A stretch of DNA of 64,000 bases from Candidatus Latescibacterota bacterium (GTDB lineage Bacteria; Latescibacterota; UBA2968; UBA8231). The DNA lies in the NCBI GenBank assembly GCA_964291625.2, contig OZ220089.1, forward strand, positions 1,824,001 to 1,888,000, written 5' to 3'. The translations under genes and the position numbers were made by a program. Under the pieces are notes generated by a model, which made no database searches, was not told the origin of the DNA, and was given only the letters and a program-made list of their open reading frames with translations. This document shows positions 1 to 9,714 of this stretch, in pieces. How positions within the stretch are numbered: position 1 is the stretch's first letter; every line of letters starts with the position of its first letter.

Positions 1-320
1 CTGGAAGGGGCCTGAAACCGGGCTTGGCCTTTGTCACAGCTTGGGTGCCACGGCTCTGCTCGACCGAATGGGCTGGGGCAAGCCCTGCAGAGCCAGAACT
101 CGGCTTCAAGATAGCTCGCGATATGAGGGGGCTGACCCCTACTCACCGCTGTGCTGGGCTGTTTCAAACTGAGAATGGAACTTTGCTGACCTGTCCCTGC
201 CTCCCCTGCTGGCGCCGGAACGCCAAACTCGGACCGGCGGGGGTGACGAGAGTTTAGATTATGTCCCTCCGAAAAAAGCGCTTAAGGAGGAACAGGCGTA
301 GCAGGGGATCGTCGTCGTCG

Positions 321-539
321 CTAGTCGTCGTCGCAGGTGGACTCCAGACCCAAGTCGCCTGCGGTGCAACTGTCCTCCTCGAAATCCGAGGACAAAACGC
401 ACATAGTATGCACTTTGACGCACCCGGTTTCGGGATCAACAAAAGGCTCACCAACTGCTATCCAGCCCGTATGTTCATCAGTGTAGGCAAGGACCGCGTG
501 GTTTCGCCTAGCAGGCGACTTTCTGGTGAGGGTTCTCAC
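321..539 (-). CDS. Small acidic Cys-containing peptide (72 aa), not called separately in the ORF track
   Basis: AAAGGAGG RBS upstream of GTG at 539; reads MRTLTRKSPARRNHAVLAYTDEHTGW...GCVKVHTMCVLSSDFEEDSCTAGDLGLESTCDDD*; 4 Cys; directly downstream of the propeller gene. Confidence 0.6.
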   Translation of the reverse strand: MRTLTRKSPARRNHAVLAYTDEHTGWIAVGEPFVDPETGCVKVHTMCVLSSDFEEDSCTAGDLGLESTCDDD

Positions 540-600
540 TTTGAGATGCCTCCTTTGAGCTAACGTGAGGATGAAATGAAACTGGAGAGCTGAGAATTGC

Positions 601-1791
601 CTAACCTCCGTGTCCTGAAGCCAAGGTGATTCCGTACAGTTCGATGGTTCCGTTGGAGGTCTCTGACTCTTCTTCCGGTGGAGATTTCCAGATGCAAAGC
701 CTCTCCTCCCAAGCTGCAATGCTGTTCCAAGACATGCGGTTGGCCAGCAGGCGCATACGCTCCTCCGCATCTGGGGTAAGTCCGTACACCTTGATTGTCG
801 ACGCCCCTTCAAGGTCGTAGATGGCCCACTCATGGTGATTAGAAACAAGGGCGCGATGAGAAACAAGGAGAAATCTATCTTGGAACAAAGTCATGCTTTT
901 CAAGAAAGTGATCCCCGAACTCATCACCTCTTGGATCAGCTCTCGGCTGCCAGTACCAACATCGTGGAATCGCTCAGGTAAGGGAGTAAACCCTTCAGGA
1001 CGGAAACCAAACCTTCTTGTGATCTCTCCTGTAGTGGCGTCAATCTCCTTTACATGGTAGTCATTTACCCCCAGGTAGTACAGCCGATGCCGGGAGGTGC
1101 TGTAACACAAGTGGTAGAAACGACCCATCCGAGCCGTGAGAAACCGCTCTCGGTCCGTCGAAACAGGAGTCTGAAAGCTCATCTCCCAAGTCGCGGGATC
1201 GAGGCGCGACACCTTCATGTCACCCTCCCTTCCCAACACAAACAGCTCTCCCTCCCGTCCGGTCAAGGCACGTGAATCATCATAGCCGGTCCATTGATCC
1301 AAGTAATTTCCAAGTCGATCATATCGGATGACACCGGCACTATGTAGAAGGTAAACGAAACCCGTAGGATCTACGGAAATAGTAATCGGTGAAGTATACT
1401 CACCCGGCCCGGCACCTTTCCTCCCAAATGACCGAATGTAGCGTCCGTCAAGCAGGCTGAATTCATGTGCCTCCTGGCCAACGCGATCAACGAGCAACAA
1501 GCTGCTGTCAGGGGATACGCGCATCCAACTCACCGATCCGATGGTTGGCGTCCTTTCATCCAAGGCCAATTCAACTTGGCCTTGGAAGATTAGACCAATC
1601 TCCCCCGCGGGTTGTACCGGCGTCTCCAGAATGCTGGATTCATCGCCCCCCTCTACTGGGACGCTGACGAGCACCCCAGCGAGCACCAGAGTTCGGACCC
1701 AGGAAAGCACCTTATTCGCAACGCAACTCCGGGATGGCTGAACAGATCGTCGGTGGCGATCTGTGGTCCGAGCGAGGTAGAGGTATCTCAT
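601..1791 (-). CDS. Secreted 6-bladed beta-propeller (NHL-like) protein
   Basis: Hydrophobic N-terminal stretch; 'GRYIRSFGRKGAGPGEY..P..ISVDPTG' and 'RYDRLGNYL' blade motifs; start uncertain. Confidence 0.75.
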   Translation of the reverse strand: MRYLYLARTTDRHRRSVQPSRSCVANKVLSWVRTLVLAGVLVSVPVEGGDESSILETPVQPAGEIGLIFQGQVELALDERTPTIGSVSWMRVSPDSSLLLVDRVGQEAHEFSLLDGRYIRSFGRKGAGPGEYTSPITISVDPTGFVYLLHSAGVIRYDRLGNYLDQWTGYDDSRALTGREGELFVLGREGDMKVSRLDPATWEMSFQTPVSTDRERFLTARMGRFYHLCYSTSRHRLYYLGVNDYHVKEIDATTGEITRRFGFRPEGFTPLPERFHDVGTGSRELIQEVMSSGITFLKSMTLFQDRFLLVSHRALVSNHHEWAIYDLEGASTIKVYGLTPDAEERMRLLANRMSWNSIAAWEERLCIWKSPPEEESETSNGTIELYGITLASGHGG

Positions 1792-1868
1792 GGGGATCGT
1801 GATCCTGCCTTAAAGGGGGTAGGGGTCAAAAACCCTTGACGCTCACCGTCCTCTTCTCAGCGTGCCTA

Positions 1869-1897
1869 AGTGTAGCGCCACCACCGCGACAATCCAA
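1869..1897 (-). promoter_or_regulatory. Putative sigma70-type promoter of the propeller gene
   Basis: Minus-strand TTGGAT-N17-TACACT. Confidence 0.45.
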
Positions 1898-1915
1898 TAG
1901 CCGCATCTTTTGGAA

Positions 1916-1975
1916 ATCGCCTTGGGAAATATTGATATCCGCCTTGGGCAATCTTGATATCCGCCTTGGGAAGTG
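1916..1975. repeat. Three direct repeats with 22-bp period; probable NarL/LuxR-family regulator boxes
   Basis: CGCCTTGGG at 1918, 1940 and 1962; TTGATATCCGCCTTGGG at 1932 and 1954; lies between the NarL gene and the propeller promoter. Confidence 0.7.
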
Positions 1976-2017
1976 TGGAGTTTCCCTCTAATCGCAACCC
2001 CGGATTTTCCGTTGGAG

Positions 2018-2656
2018 TCATGGATTGGGCGAGGTGATCCCCTCGTTGACCGCATACTTGGTCAGAGCGGCAGAACTGTCCAAGCCGAGCTTTTTCCTGA
2101 CAGCCCAGACTTGGGAGCGCACGGTGGTTTCGCTTACCGCCAATGTCGCGGCTATTTCCTTAACCTTCTTGCCTTCGGCAGTGAGCTGGAGCACCTCTCG
2201 CTCCCTCGGTGTCAGAGTGGACGATCTGCCGCTCAGCGAGCGACGGATAGACTCGCTGAAGGCGCCGATCAACTGCGGACTCACGTACTTGTTTCCTGCC
2301 TCCACCTGCCGAATTGCTTCCACCAAGCTTCCGTGGCCGTCCGCTCTTCCAACATAGGCCGAGGCTCCGGCCTCCATCATCTTGCCCATGAGGCGGTCGT
2401 TGTGCACGGACAGGCCAACCAACCGGACCCCGGGGGCTTCGGCCAGTATCTGCCGCGTTGCCTCGACGCCGTTCAGTTCCGGCAAGACGGCCTCCATGAC
2501 CACCACATCGGGCGGACTGCCGCGAACCAAGTCGACGGCAGTGCGCCCGTCCCTAGCTACGCAGCAGACTTCTATATTGTCTTCAACCTCAAGCAGTACT
2601 CGCCACCCTTCCAGCGTCGTCGTGTGATCCTGTACCAGCAAGACACTGATGGTCAT
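2018..2656 (-). CDS. NarL/FixJ-family response regulator (REC + LuxR HTH)
   Basis: REC-like N-terminus, 'LTPREREVLQLTAEG..VKEIAATLAVSETTV' HTH, AGGAGG RBS; REC acidic residues atypical (VQDH, VVMEA). Confidence 0.9.
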   Translation of the reverse strand: MTISVLLVQDHTTTLEGWRVLLEVEDNIEVCCVARDGRTAVDLVRGSPPDVVVMEAVLPELNGVEATRQILAEAPGVRLVGLSVHNDRLMGKMMEAGASAYVGRADGHGSLVEAIRQVEAGNKYVSPQLIGAFSESIRRSLSGRSSTLTPREREVLQLTAEGKKVKEIAATLAVSETTVRSQVWAVRKKLGLDSSAALTKYAVNEGITSPNP

Positions 2657-2724
2657 GGATTGAACCTTCCTCCTGGAGTTACCTGGTTTCGCGGACAGTG
2701 GCCAGTCGGCCGTGGGGATAGCGA

Positions 2725-2815
2725 CGGGTCGTGGACCACCGCTGCCGGCGGGCGTAGTAGCCGTTGGAGGAGATCTTCAGGACACGGCACATGTGTTCGA
2801 CCGCCGCTCTCATCC
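2725..2815 (-). mobile_element. IS3-family transposase OrfB N-terminal remnant
   Basis: 'AVEHMCRVLKISSNGYYARR' matches the MCRVL.VS.SGYY start of IS3 OrfB; no DDE domain follows. Confidence 0.55.
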
Positions 2816-3088
2816 GTCGTCGGCGTTGGCGGGCCGGTTCAGGGGGATCCCCAGGATCTCGGAGGATATTGGGCACTGAAGTGCCGGCGCTTGGCCCTCT
2901 CCGGCACTTTCGGATCCGCAGCGGGCGCCGCCCCAGGAGAAGTCGTGGAAGTCGATGCCACCATACATCTGCGTTGCCCAGTCTTCCAGGCCCATCCGGG
3001 TCATGATCTCGTAACGCCGGGCATTCTCGCGGAAGTAGTATCTCACCTGCAAAACCCTCTTCGCCCGTGGCTTGGCGGATCGTGGCGG

Positions 3089-4444
3089 CTAAGACTCCAG
3101 CCCGTACGCGGTGATCTTGGCCAGCAGCGTCTTGCGCGTGATCCCGAGCCGGGCGGCGGTGCGGGTGCGGTTGTGGCCCTCCTCGGCCAGGGCCTCGGCG
3201 ATCGCCTGGCGCTCGACCGCGGCGAGACGTTCGGCCAGGGTGCCCGCGGACGGGGTCTCTGACGGACGGCGCAGGCGGGGCGGCAGGTCCGTCTCGGCCA
3301 CCTGCCGGCCGTTGCAGAGGATGGCGGCGCCGCGGATGACGTTCTCCAGCTCGCGCACGTTGCCGGGCCAGCCGTAGGACCGCAGCAGGTCCATGGCGCC
3401 GGGCGTCACCCCTTCGACGGGCCGGTCCAACTCGGGACAGACCTGCTGCAGGAAGTGCTCCACGAGCAGGGGCAGGTCCTCCGGCCGCTCCCGCAACGGG
3501 GGCAGGCGCAGGGAGACGACGTTGAGGCGGTGGAACAGGTCCTCCCGGAAGGCGCCGTCCCCGACCTGCTCGTGCAGGTCCCGGTTGGTGGCCGCCACGA
3601 TGCGCACGTCCACGGGGATGGCGGCGGTGCCGCCGATGCGGCTGATCTCGCGTTCCTGTATCACGCGCAGGAGCTTGGCCTGCACCTCGGCGGGCAGCTC
3701 GCCGACATCGTCGAGGAACAGGGTGCCGCCGCCGGCCTGCTCGAACCGGCCCTCGTAGCGGCTGCGGGCGTCGGTGAAGGCGCCCTTCTCGTGGCCGAAC
3801 AACTCGTTCTCCACCAGGCTCGCGGGCAGGGCGGCGCAGTTGAGGGCCACGAAGGGCCCCTCCCGGCGCCGGCTGAGGTTGTGCAGGGCGCGCACCACCA
3901 GCTCCTTGCCGGTGCCGCTCTCTCCTTCCACTAGGACCGTGGCCTCCGTCGGGGCCACCCGCCTCACCTGGGCGCAGACGGCCCGCAGGGCGCCGCTGAC
4001 GCCGACGACGTTGTCGAGGGCGTAGCGCTCGTCCAGCTGCTCGCGCAGGGCGGCGACCTCGCCCCGCAGCCGGCGCCGCTCCAGGGCGCGGCGCACGAGG
4101 GAGAGCAGCTCGTCGTTGTCGAACGGTTTCTCCAGGTAGTGGAAGGCCCCCTCCTGGATGGCGCGCACCGCCGTGGCGACGTTGCCGTAGGCGGTCATCA
4201 TCACCACCTCGCCGTCCCATCCCTTGGCGCGCAGGCACCCCATCGTCTCGAGGCCGTCCCGCCCGGGCAGGGTGAGGTCCATCAGCACGAGGTCGGGCGG
4301 ATCCTCGGCGGCGGTGCTCAAACAAGCCTCGCCGGACTCCACCGCCCGCGGGTCGAGCCCCTCTTCCCGCAGCAGGAGGGTCACGATCTTCCGGATGCGG
4401 GCCTCGTCGTCGACGATGAGGACGCGGCCCCGGGCGCGGGTCAT
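3089..4444 (-). CDS. Sigma-54-dependent response regulator (NtrC/AtoC/ZraR family)
   Basis: REC 'VLIVDDE', Walker [25 protein letters not shown], Fis-type HTH; ATG at 4444 overlaps the kinase stop. Confidence 0.95.
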   Translation of the reverse strand: MTRARGRVLIVDDEARIRKIVTLLLREEGLDPRAVESGEACLSTAAEDPPDLVLMDLTLPGRDGLETMGCLRAKGWDGEVVMMTAYGNVATAVRAIQEGAFHYLEKPFDNDELLSLVRRALERRRLRGEVAALREQLDERYALDNVVGVSGALRAVCAQVRRVAPTEATVLVEGESGTGKELVVRALHNLSRRREGPFVALNCAALPASLVENELFGHEKGAFTDARSRYEGRFEQAGGGTLFLDDVGELPAEVQAKLLRVIQEREISRIGGTAAIPVDVRIVAATNRDLHEQVGDGAFREDLFHRLNVVSLRLPPLRERPEDLPLLVEHFLQQVCPELDRPVEGVTPGAMDLLRSYGWPGNVRELENVIRGAAILCNGRQVAETDLPPRLRRPSETPSAGTLAERLAAVERQAIAEALAEEGHNRTRTAARLGITRKTLLAKITAYGLES

Positions 4445-5670
4445 CGCTCCCTCCCGTCGAAGGGGAGGCGGACGTGCACGGTGGTGCCGGCGCCAGGACG
4501 GCTGTCGATGTCGATCTGCCCCTCGTGGCGGGAGACGATCCCGTAGCACACCGCCAGGCCGAGGCCGGTGCCCTCCTCGCGGGTGGTGAAGAAGGGGTCG
4601 AAGACGAGGTCCAGATCCTCGGCGGGGATGCCGGGGCCCGTGTCGGCGACGCTGACGCGGAGGGTGTGATCGGAGCGGACCATCCCGAGGGAGAGCCGGC
4701 CGCCCTCGGGCATGGCCTGCAGCGCGTTCATGCACAGGTTGAGGAAGACCTGCTTCAACTGGTCCGGGTCGCCGCGCGTGCGTCCCTCCCCCTCCGGCAG
4801 CACGAACTCGACTCCCTGGGTGCGGGCGGCGCTGTCGAGCAGTCGTCCGACCTGTTGCAGCAGGGCCGGCACGTCGACCTCCTCCAGGATGGGCGGCGCC
4901 GGGCGGGCGAAGGAGAGGAGACCGGCGATGATGCCGTTGATGCGGTCCACCTCGCCCAGCAGCTCGTCCACGAGGACGGCCTTCTCCGAGCCCTCGTCGA
5001 AGTCGGGGCGGAGGTACTGGATCGTGCTGCGGATGCTGGTCAGGGGATTGCGGATCTCGTGGGCCGCCCCCGCGGCCAGTTCCCCCAGGGTGGCCAGCCG
5101 CTCGGCCCGGTAGAGACCGCGCACCCGCTGGCGTCCCTGGCGCAGAAGCAGGGCGTTGTGCAGTGCCAGGCCGAAGAGGGGCAGGAGATCGCGGAGAAGG
5201 TGCTCGCGCTCGGAAGCGGAGACGCGGACCTCCCCCAGGAGGAGGAGACCCACGAGGTGGTTCATGGACAACACCGGATGGATCACGTCGACGCCGAGGC
5301 GGCGCAGGAGAGCGTTCTCGGCGTCGGTTAGGTAGTCCCGGACCTGCGGCGCCTCGAGCAGATCGAGGGCGGTCTCGTTCACCACGAGCCACTTCACCAG
5401 CCGGCTGTCCCGGCCGAAGCGCAGGTCCGCCAGCGCGCCCTCGTCGCAGCCGCGGTGGCAGAAAGGCGTGAAGGGCTCTCGCCCGTCCTCGGCCAGCAGC
5501 AGGGCGGCGCACCGGGCGCCGAGGGCGGTGCGGAGGCGGGCGACCTCTCCCTCGGCCAGGGGTTCCAAGTCCGTCACCAGGCCGAGGGCGGTCGTGGGGC
5601 CTGGCCGGTGCTTCCTGGCCTCGCCGCGCGACGGCGGCCTCCGTCGAAGCCACGACATGACGGGCCTCAC
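4441..5670 (-). CDS. Sensor histidine kinase (GAF-like + HisKA + HATPase), no obvious TM segment
   Basis: H-box AHEIRNPL, N-box NLCMNALQAM, DTGPGI, FDPFFTT, GTGLGL. Confidence 0.9.
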   Translation of the reverse strand: MRPVMSWLRRRPPSRGEARKHRPGPTTALGLVTDLEPLAEGEVARLRTALGARCAALLLAEDGREPFTPFCHRGCDEGALADLRFGRDSRLVKWLVVNETALDLLEAPQVRDYLTDAENALLRRLGVDVIHPVLSMNHLVGLLLLGEVRVSASEREHLLRDLLPLFGLALHNALLLRQGRQRVRGLYRAERLATLGELAAGAAHEIRNPLTSIRSTIQYLRPDFDEGSEKAVLVDELLGEVDRINGIIAGLLSFARPAPPILEEVDVPALLQQVGRLLDSAARTQGVEFVLPEGEGRTRGDPDQLKQVFLNLCMNALQAMPEGGRLSLGMVRSDHTLRVSVADTGPGIPAEDLDLVFDPFFTTREEGTGLGLAVCYGIVSRHEGQIDIDSRPGAGTTVHVRLPFDGRER

Positions 5671-5784
5671 GAGGGCGGTCCGGCCCTGCGGCGGGGCCGG
5701 GGCTGGCCGTGGAAGATGCAGAGGGTGCCCATGTGCGAGAAGCTACCGTCGAGCGCGGTTCGGTGGTCCACGACGTCGGCGGTG

Positions 5785-7077
5785 TCAGCGCACGTCGTAC
5801 CGGCGGAAGGAGAAGTAGGCACCGACGAAGCAGATGCCGTTGGCGATGACGAGGACCAGAAGGGGGGCCAGGGACGCGTCGAGGCGTTCGCGCAGGCCCG
5901 GCGGGCGGAACTGGAACCGGGGAACCTCCTTTTTAGAAACCGGCTCTGTACGATAGTTGCCCCCAAGGATACGCAGCCGGGGGTGTTCGAAGCCCTCGCG
6001 ACGCAGGAAGTCGGCGAACTCCTGCCGGTGATCATACGCTTGCTTGACGAAGGCCCGGTGACGGACGACGCCGGTGACAGTCAGGGCCTCGGACACAAGG
6101 CTCAGGGCCGCCACGGGCGACACCAATGTGGTGTTGCGAGCTACTTCAACCTGGTGCAAGAGCAGGGTCCGGTAGTGCTGTTGAGCTCGGTTTATCAACC
6201 GTACTGACTCGAAGTAGCCCTCTCCCCCTCCCGCCTTGAAGCTGGCCGACCGAGCCGCGCTGTAGCTGGGGACATCCACGAGGTAGTCCCCCGCGAGTAT
6301 CCCAGCCTGTGGGAGAAACACGGCAAGCAGCGCCCAGACCACCAAGCTGACGAGCAGTGCGAGCGCCGAGTTGTGGGTCCGGCTCGAAGCCCACAGGCCC
6401 AGCCAGAGGAAGGCGGAGACGCAGAGCAGCGCCGCGGTGATCACTGCCGCCAAGGTGATCCAAACATCCCCCAGCCGTCCCTCGCCGTTGAGTTGGATGA
6501 TGGTGACGGCAGCCCCGGCACCAGTCAGTATCGTAGCAGCGGCCATGGCGAGGCCGGCGAGGTACTTTGCCATCAGCACCTGGTCGCGGGGCACCCGGTT
6601 GGCCAGCAGTTGCCGCAGACAGCCGCGCTCCTTCTCGCCAGCGACACCGTCGTACGTCAGCAATAGGGCCATCAGCGTGCCCAGCGTCCCGGCGATGAAG
6701 ATCCAGTCAGGGGCGTTTCGGAACAACATGGGGTTTCGGTCGGCGCGTTGCTCGAACGCGATTCCGAATCCATGTGCCCGCATGCCGGCGACGTTCGGCA
6801 GGCCGTGGCCATATCCGCAGCAAGCGAAAGTCAGACCGGCCGGCGGCAACCAGAGGTGGAGCGTTGAGGCTTCCAGCGCGGCCACGTCCTCAGCTGCCCG
6901 GATACTCTCTTCGTACTCCTCCACAGCGAGACCATAGCCCACCCGTTGTTCCGCGATGCGCACGCTCCAGACAGTGGCACCGAGGACGAAGAGCCCGAAG
7001 ATGGTCACCAAGCTGACGGCGAAGCGCAGGCTGCGCAGATGCTCGAGCAGCTCCTTCCACACAAGGACGCGAAGCAA
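5785..7077 (-). CDS. ABC-2-type transporter permease
   Basis: 'WKELLEHLRS', 'YDGVAGEKERGCLRQLLAN.VPR..VLMAKYL', multiple TM helices, ends FRRYDVR. Confidence 0.85.
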   Translation of the reverse strand: MLRVLVWKELLEHLRSLRFAVSLVTIFGLFVLGATVWSVRIAEQRVGYGLAVEEYEESIRAAEDVAALEASTLHLWLPPAGLTFACCGYGHGLPNVAGMRAHGFGIAFEQRADRNPMLFRNAPDWIFIAGTLGTLMALLLTYDGVAGEKERGCLRQLLANRVPRDQVLMAKYLAGLAMAAATILTGAGAAVTIIQLNGEGRLGDVWITLAAVITAALLCVSAFLWLGLWASSRTHNSALALLVSLVVWALLAVFLPQAGILAGDYLVDVPSYSAARSASFKAGGGEGYFESVRLINRAQQHYRTLLLHQVEVARNTTLVSPVAALSLVSEALTVTGVVRHRAFVKQAYDHRQEFADFLRREGFEHPRLRILGGNYRTEPVSKKEVPRFQFRPPGLRERLDASLAPLLVLVIANGICFVGAYFSFRRYDVR

Positions 7078-7083
7078 GGCAGG

Positions 7084-8562
7084 TCAGCCGATCTGGCGCC
7101 GGACGAACCAGCGCAAGCCGAGGAAGAGACTGAGCCCGTTGGCGGCCAGCAGGAGACCCAAGTCGGGAGCGGCCCGGCCGAAGACACTGCCGAAGGACGG
7201 ACGATAATCCGGGAAGCGTGGCACGCGGGATGTGTCGACGCCTTCAGGCACCGGGCTGAAGAAGTGAAGTGACGTGAACAAGCCCTGCTCCCGCATCCAG
7301 TCGGCCAGTGTCGCACGGTGTCTGCGGGCGTGAGCGATGAACTCCTCAAAGGAGTATGGGTCGGTTCCAGCCAGAGCTGACACGGCGTTGCGAAAAGCGG
7401 CGGCGAGGAAGATTCGGCTCACACTCCGGGTGAGCCATACCTGTCGTGTCCGGGCCAGGATCAGGCGGTCCTCCAACTCGGCGATATCCCGGCCAGCGGC
7501 GATCCGCAGAGGTTCGAAGCGTCCGTAGAACGAGGTGAGCTTCGGAATGGCCTCCCTATCCGGCTCACCAACCAGGACGATCTCTCCAACGGACATGGGG
7601 ACATGAGTAAAGGACTTTCCTAGAATGCCGTATCCCAGGTGTGTCACACCAAGCTGACGAGCATAGGCCTTCTCCATCGCCCGGAAGCCGGTCCAGAACT
7701 CATCGTTCACTCGACGGTCAATCTCCTCCCACTGAGACCTCAGTTCCCGCTCCGGTGGGAGCGGGGCGATCTCTCCCACTACGTAAGCCGTAGCCGTGGG
7801 GGCCACGATCGTGCAGCCCGCCCAGACCGAGATACAGGCCACCAGGGCCGTCCCCGACTGACGGACCCGGGACGAGACCGCCAGACCGACCAGGTAGAAC
7901 GTCGACGTGTAGAGCAGCATCGTGGCGAAGATCAGTCCCACGCGGAGCCACTGTCCCCCGGACAGGGACACCCGGGGCGAGCCGGCCAGGATCAGCGTCG
8001 CCAGGAGGAAACCGACCGCCGCCGGCAGCAGGCTACACGCCCCTCCCCCCAGCCACTTGCCCACCAGGATCTGCCAGCGGGCCACGCGATTCGCCGCCAT
8101 CAGCTTCAGGGTGTTCCTCTCCTGCTCTCCCGAGATCGCGTCGAAAGCGCAGAACAGGGCCATGAGGCTGAATAGAAGGCCCGCCACCGTGGCCAGGTCG
8201 AAGGGCGGGAAGGCGGCCACCAGCGGGTTCGTCTCCTTCTTCCAGGTCAGCATCGTGGGCACCTTCGCATGGGAGAACCGCAGGATCGTGCCCATGCGCT
8301 TCTCCAGCCCCTCGCTGAACACGCTCAGCGGCGACGGGGGCCGCGACACCGTCTCACGTAGCCTGGAGTAGGAACTGATCTTCTCGAGGCCAGTCCTGAT
8401 GCGCGCCAGCTCGGCCTCGTGGGCGTCGAGGCGCCGGGCGTAGTCAGCCCGCAGGACCACGGCGCTCACCGACATCAGCACGACGCTGGCCGCCACGGCC
8501 AAGCCGAAGCGCCAGGTCAGCAGGTTAGCGAGGAATTCCTTGGCGGCGATGGCGCGGATCAC
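7084..8562 (-). CDS. ABC-2-type transporter permease (paralog)
   Basis: GTG start 'VIRAIAAKEFLAN', 'FDAISGEQERNTLKLMAAN', multiple TM helices. Confidence 0.85.
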   Translation of the reverse strand: MIRAIAAKEFLANLLTWRFGLAVAASVVLMSVSAVVLRADYARRLDAHEAELARIRTGLEKISSYSRLRETVSRPPSPLSVFSEGLEKRMGTILRFSHAKVPTMLTWKKETNPLVAAFPPFDLATVAGLLFSLMALFCAFDAISGEQERNTLKLMAANRVARWQILVGKWLGGGACSLLPAAVGFLLATLILAGSPRVSLSGGQWLRVGLIFATMLLYTSTFYLVGLAVSSRVRQSGTALVACISVWAGCTIVAPTATAYVVGEIAPLPPERELRSQWEEIDRRVNDEFWTGFRAMEKAYARQLGVTHLGYGILGKSFTHVPMSVGEIVLVGEPDREAIPKLTSFYGRFEPLRIAAGRDIAELEDRLILARTRQVWLTRSVSRIFLAAAFRNAVSALAGTDPYSFEEFIAHARRHRATLADWMREQGLFTSLHFFSPVPEGVDTSRVPRFPDYRPSFGSVFGRAAPDLGLLLAANGLSLFLGLRWFVRRQIG

Positions 8563-8573
8563 GGATTCAGCCC

Positions 8574-9281
8574 TCACGCGGCGCGCATGTAGTCGAGGTA
8601 GATGCGCTCCAGATCCTCCGACTTCAGCTCCTCCCGGTCGCGCACCATCACCAGGTGGCCCTCCTTCATGATCCCCACGCGGTCGGCGATCTCCCGGGCC
8701 CGGAAGATGTCGTGGGTGGAGATGAAGACCGCCTTGCCCGCGTCGCGCATCTCCATCAGCAGGTCGCAGAAGTCGGCGGCGCCGGCCGGGTCGAGGCCCG
8801 AGGTGGGCTCGTCCATGACCACCACCGGCGCGTCCTTCACCAGGACCGCGGCGATGCCGAGACGCTGGCGCATCCCCTTGGAGTAGGTGCGCACGCGATT
8901 CCCGAAGGCCCGTTCCGGCAGGCCGACCCGGCGCAGGGCCATGGCGTATTCCTCCCGCGTGCACTGCTTGCCCGCGAGCCGGGCGAAGAAGTGGAGGTTC
9001 TGCAGCCCGGTGAGGTTGCCGTAGAGCGTGACGTTCTCCGGCAGGAAGGCGACGCGTTCCTTGGAATCGAGAGGGTTCTCGACCACGTCGACGCCGTCGA
9101 TGACCGCGGTGCCTTCCGTGGGATCGATGAACCCCAGGACCAGGTTGATCGTCGTCGTCTTGCCCGCCCCGTTGGCCCCGAGAAGGGCGAACAGCTCCCC
9201 TCCGCTCACCGTCAGGTTGAGGTGGTCGAGGGCCAGCACCCCGTCCTCGTAACGCTTCGTCAGGTCGATCGTCTGCAGCAT
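8574..9281 (-). CDS. ABC transporter ATP-binding protein
   Basis: GANGAGKT, YSKGMRQR, DEPTSGLD, STH; start at MLQTIDL. Confidence 0.92.
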   Translation of the reverse strand: MLQTIDLTKRYEDGVLALDHLNLTVSGGELFALLGANGAGKTTTINLVLGFIDPTEGTAVIDGVDVVENPLDSKERVAFLPENVTLYGNLTGLQNLHFFARLAGKQCTREEYAMALRRVGLPERAFGNRVRTYSKGMRQRLGIAAVLVKDAPVVVMDEPTSGLDPAGAADFCDLLMEMRDAGKAVFISTHDIFRAREIADRVGIMKEGHLVMVRDREELKSEDLERIYLDYMRAA

Positions 9282-9369
9282 GGGCTGGTTCTCACTTGAT
9301 GAGTTGGGAGATGTTGCCGGGCGGGAAGGCGGCGACGGTCGCCTGCTTTTCGCAGGGCCAAGGCCGGCC

Positions 9370-9573
9370 TCACTCGGAGTGCAGGACCTCGGCAGGCCGG
9401 ACGCCGGGCGAGCAGCGCATCCTGCGTTTTCGGACATAGGGAGTCTCGATTCCCTGCACCCGGCAGGCGCGGCCGAAGCCGCGCATGGTCATGCCCAGAG
9501 CGGCTGCGGCCTCCGCGTTGGTATGGTAGAGGCGAGCCACTCGCTCCAGGGCCTCCGGGAAAACTCTCGTCAT
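9370..9573 (-). CDS. Small HTH-like protein (67 aa)
   Basis: MTRVFPEALERVARLYHTNAEAAAALGMTMRGFGRACRVQGIETP; Fis/HTH-like 'AAAALG' pattern; first gene after the sigma-54 promoter. Confidence 0.65.
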   Translation of the reverse strand: MTRVFPEALERVARLYHTNAEAAAALGMTMRGFGRACRVQGIETPYVRKRRMRCSPGVRPAEVLHSE

Positions 9574-9631
9574 GATCCGCTCTCTTGGGACTCCAAGTTG
9601 GACAACTGAGGGCCTGTCGACGCAGATATCC

Positions 9632-9714
9632 GCAAGAGATGTACCCAAGCCGGTGAGACTGCCACAATCGATTGATAGACAGGGAGTTGTGCCAATGCGG
9701 GTTGTTCTTTCGCA
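9632..9714 (-). promoter_or_regulatory. Sigma-54 promoter with IHF site and candidate enhancer
   Basis: Minus strand GG-TACATCTCTT-GC (9645-9632); TATCAATCGATTG = WATCAA-N4-TTR (9677-9665); TGCG-N11-CGCA (9696-9714). Confidence 0.65.

Noticed and set aside
1-320. Short ORFs or ncRNA at the window start
   Set aside because: No recognisable motif or convincing structure; cannot be supported
1916-1975. Mini-CRISPR or iteron origin
   Set aside because: Only three short units with no spacers and no rep gene; position fits regulator boxes
4445-5653. 854-aa kinase-regulator fusion
   Set aside because: The upstream part is an off-frame reading of the kinase; the regulator has its own RBS and ATG at 4444
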